A stretch of DNA of 64,000 nucleotides from an uncultured Fibrobacteraceae bacterium (GTDB lineage Bacteria > Krumholzibacteriota > Krumholzibacteriia > LZORAL124-64-63): positions 3,462 through 67,461 of the forward strand of contig CAYLMM010000008.1 in assembly GCA_964384825.1 (NCBI GenBank), written 5' to 3'. A program made the position numbers and the translations under genes. The notes under the pieces were generated by a model. The model was not told the DNA's origin. It saw only the letters and a program-made list of their open reading frames with translations, and searched no databases. Shown in pieces: positions 61,351 to 64,000 of the stretch (the first letter of the stretch is position 1; each line of letters begins with the position of its first letter).

Positions 61351-62520
61351 TTACCGGAGGATGCGGGCCAGCATCAGCTCCACGTCGTCGATCCGCAGCA
61401 TCCCCCGCGGGGTCAGCGCCAGGCGACGGTCGTCGACGGTCCACAATCCCTCGGCCAGGCCGCGGTCCAGCGGGAAGCCCCGGGGCAGCCTGCCGCGAGG
61501 CACGCCGGCGACCGTACGCAGGGGCAGGATCAGCTCCTCCAGGCGCCGGGCCGCCGCATCGATCGGATCGCGCTCGGCGGTCGGGACGCGGCCGGCCTCG
61601 ACCGCGTCGCAGTACTCCCGCGGATCGGCCAGGTTGGCGTAGCGCTCGGCGCCGGTGAACCCGTGGGCGCCCGGGCCGAGCCCCAGATAGGGAACCCGCC
61701 GCCAATAGGACCGGTTGTGCCGCGACTCGCCGCCGGGAAGGGCGAAATTGGCGACCTCGTACTGGGCGAATCCCAGATCCTCGAGCCGCGCCACAGCCTC
61801 GAGGTAGATCTTTTCGGTCTCGGCGTCGGGCGGGGCGCTCGCGGCGCCAGCGGCCATCCGGGCGGCCAGCGGCGTGCCGGGATGGATCTCCAGGATGTAG
61901 AACGAGACGTGGTCCACGCCCATGTCGCGGGCCTCGCGGAATTCGGCGGCCAGGCCGTCGAGGGTCGTTCCGGGAGCCAGGATCCAGTCGGCCGACACCC
62001 GCGGGAAGCTCTCCACGGCCAGGGCCAGGGCCCGCCGCGCCGTCGATGCGTCGCAACGGCGGCCCAGGCTGCGCAGGATCCGGTCGTCGAGGCTCTGCAC
62101 CCCGAGGCTGATCCGGTTCACCCCGGCTGCGGTCCAGGCCTCGGCCACCGCCTGGTCGAAGCTCTCGGGATTGGCCTCGGCGGTCGTCTCGATGTCGGGC
62201 GCGGACGGGAAACGGCCCAGGGTTCCGGCGACCAGGCCGGCGAAGAGCCCCGGTTCGAGGATCGAGGGCGTGCCGCCGCCGAAATACGCCGTCGCGGCTT
62301 CCATCCGGTCCGACGCCAGCGCCGGGCATCCCTCCCGCCGCAGCCGCGCCTCGCGGACGGTCGCGTCCACGACCCGCCGGCGCAGGCCGGCGTCGTGGAC
62401 GGCTACGCGGGCGAAGTGGCAGTAGTCGCAGATCGAGGCGCAGAACGGGACGTGGACGTAGAGTCCGCCGCGGGTGCGGCCGCCGGATCCGGCGGCCGTG
62501 TCATGCCGCGGCGGGGTCAC
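61351..62520 (-). CDS. hemW: Radical SAM heme chaperone HemW (HemN-like)
   Basis: YVHVPFCASICDYCHF (CxxxCxxC), YFGGGTPS, EANP, YEVANF, HNRSYW. The GTG start overlapping the lepB stop is inferred. Confidence 0.92.
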   Translation of the reverse strand: MTPPRHDTAAGSGGRTRGGLYVHVPFCASICDYCHFARVAVHDAGLRRRVVDATVREARLRREGCPALASDRMEAATAYFGGGTPSILEPGLFAGLVAGTLGRFPSAPDIETTAEANPESFDQAVAEAWTAAGVNRISLGVQSLDDRILRSLGRRCDASTARRALALAVESFPRVSADWILAPGTTLDGLAAEFREARDMGVDHVSFYILEIHPGTPLAARMAAGAASAPPDAETEKIYLEAVARLEDLGFAQYEVANFALPGGESRHNRSYWRRVPYLGLGPGAHGFTGAERYANLADPREYCDAVEAGRVPTAERDPIDAAARRLEELILPLRTVAGVPRGRLPRGFPLDRGLAEGLWTVDDRRLALTPRGMLRIDDVELMLARILR

Positions 62521-63299
62521 CTGATGATGTCCCCGATGCGCTCCCAGCGCGGGCGCGCCCGGCTTTGATCCCAGGACCAGTAGATGAACATCGCCTTGCC
62601 CTTGATGCGTTTCAGCTCGAGCGGCCCCCAGTAGCGGCTGTCCTGGCTGTTGTAGCGGTTGTCCCCCATCATGAAGATGGTTCCCTCCGGCACCACGTAG
62701 GGCCCGAAGGACCAGTTGCGGCCGCGGTGCGCGTTGGCCATCTGGTGGCGCGTGCGGGGCTGCTTGCACGAGGCGTCGTGCAGCGCCCCCGTGTAGCAGG
62801 CGTGGTCCCCGGCGAGCTCGGCGAAGTTCTCCTCGTACATCAGGCCGTTGACGTAGAGCATCCCCTCGCGCACCTGGACCGTGTCGCCGGCGACCGCGAC
62901 GCAGCGCTTGATGTAGTCCTTGTCCGGCTCGACGGGATACTCGAAGACGATGATGTCGCCCTGCCGCGGCTGGCGAACCGCCGGCAGACGGATGTTCTCC
63001 CACGGCATGTCGATGTACGGGCCGGTGAAGATCAGCGGCCGCAGGCGGTCGGGGATCTCGGCGCCGTAGAGGAACTTGTTCACGAAGAGGAAGTCGCCGA
63101 TCTGCAGGGTGTCCTTCATCGACCCGGTGGGGATGCGGAAGGCCTGCAGCACGAACTGGCGCAGGATCAGAGCCGCGACCACCGCGAACAGGATCGACTT
63201 GAAGTACTCGAACCAGGTCCGCACGCGGTCGGCGCGCTCGGCCTCGGCCGATCGTCGGACCCGCCCCTTGCGGACGTCGGAGCCTGCGTTCTTCGCCAT
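62517..63299 (-). CDS. lepB: Signal peptidase I
   Basis: IPTGSMKDTL (Ser), GDFLFVNK, DYIKRC (Lys), GDNRYNSQDSRYWG. Confidence 0.96.
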   Translation of the reverse strand: MAKNAGSDVRKGRVRRSAEAERADRVRTWFEYFKSILFAVVAALILRQFVLQAFRIPTGSMKDTLQIGDFLFVNKFLYGAEIPDRLRPLIFTGPYIDMPWENIRLPAVRQPRQGDIIVFEYPVEPDKDYIKRCVAVAGDTVQVREGMLYVNGLMYEENFAELAGDHACYTGALHDASCKQPRTRHQMANAHRGRNWSFGPYVVPEGTIFMMGDNRYNSQDSRYWGPLELKRIKGKAMFIYWSWDQSRARPRWERIGDIIR

Positions 63300-63392
63300 C
63301 GATAGCCTCTTTCGTATTTCGTCACGCCGCCGTTTGCCCGATCGATTCTACGCGGACGCCGCGGAGGTGTTCCACCGCCGTCGCCGCGCGCT

Positions 63393-64000
<608 letters not shown>

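Overview
High-GC bacterial chromosome segment. Almost all genes are on the minus strand, and I found no mobile element, CRISPR array or rRNA. A diderm (FCB-group-like, possibly Krumholzibacteriota/Latescibacterota-type) origin is inferred from the Omp85/TamB genes and two kinds of C-terminal tail on secreted proteins. Left third (1-22 kb): peptide and amino-acid catabolism (leucyl aminopeptidase fragment, SDF symporter, three acyl-CoA dehydrogenases, hbd, thiolase, methylmalonyl-CoA mutase small/large subunits with MeaB, a secreted M1 aminopeptidase), gatCAB, and three poorly characterised genes. Middle (22-34 kb): a tight cluster of a 3-POTRA Omp85 (TamA-like), TamB, a zincin + TolB-propeller + Omp85 fusion and pcrA, with a divergent lipoprotein. 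Right half (34-64 kb): co-oriented housekeeping run lepA-lepB-hemW-hrcA-grpE-dnaJ-rsmE-yqeY-cvpA-mutS2-dnaG-rpoD-tRNA(Ile2)-tRNA(Val)-rnhA-rnpB-recJ-relA-dtd-maf-mtnA-rplM-rpsI-rpsB-tsf-pyrH-frr-uppS-cdsA-dxr-rseP. Best candidates for something undescribed: (1) the protease-bearing Omp85 coupled to TamAB, considered together with the two putative C-terminal sorting tails; (2) a 466-aa orphan; (3) an AT-rich palindromic operator-like patch upstream of a 130-aa hypothetical gene; (4) an HTH-RNase HI fusion. All family assignments come from motif recognition by eye; no searches were run.
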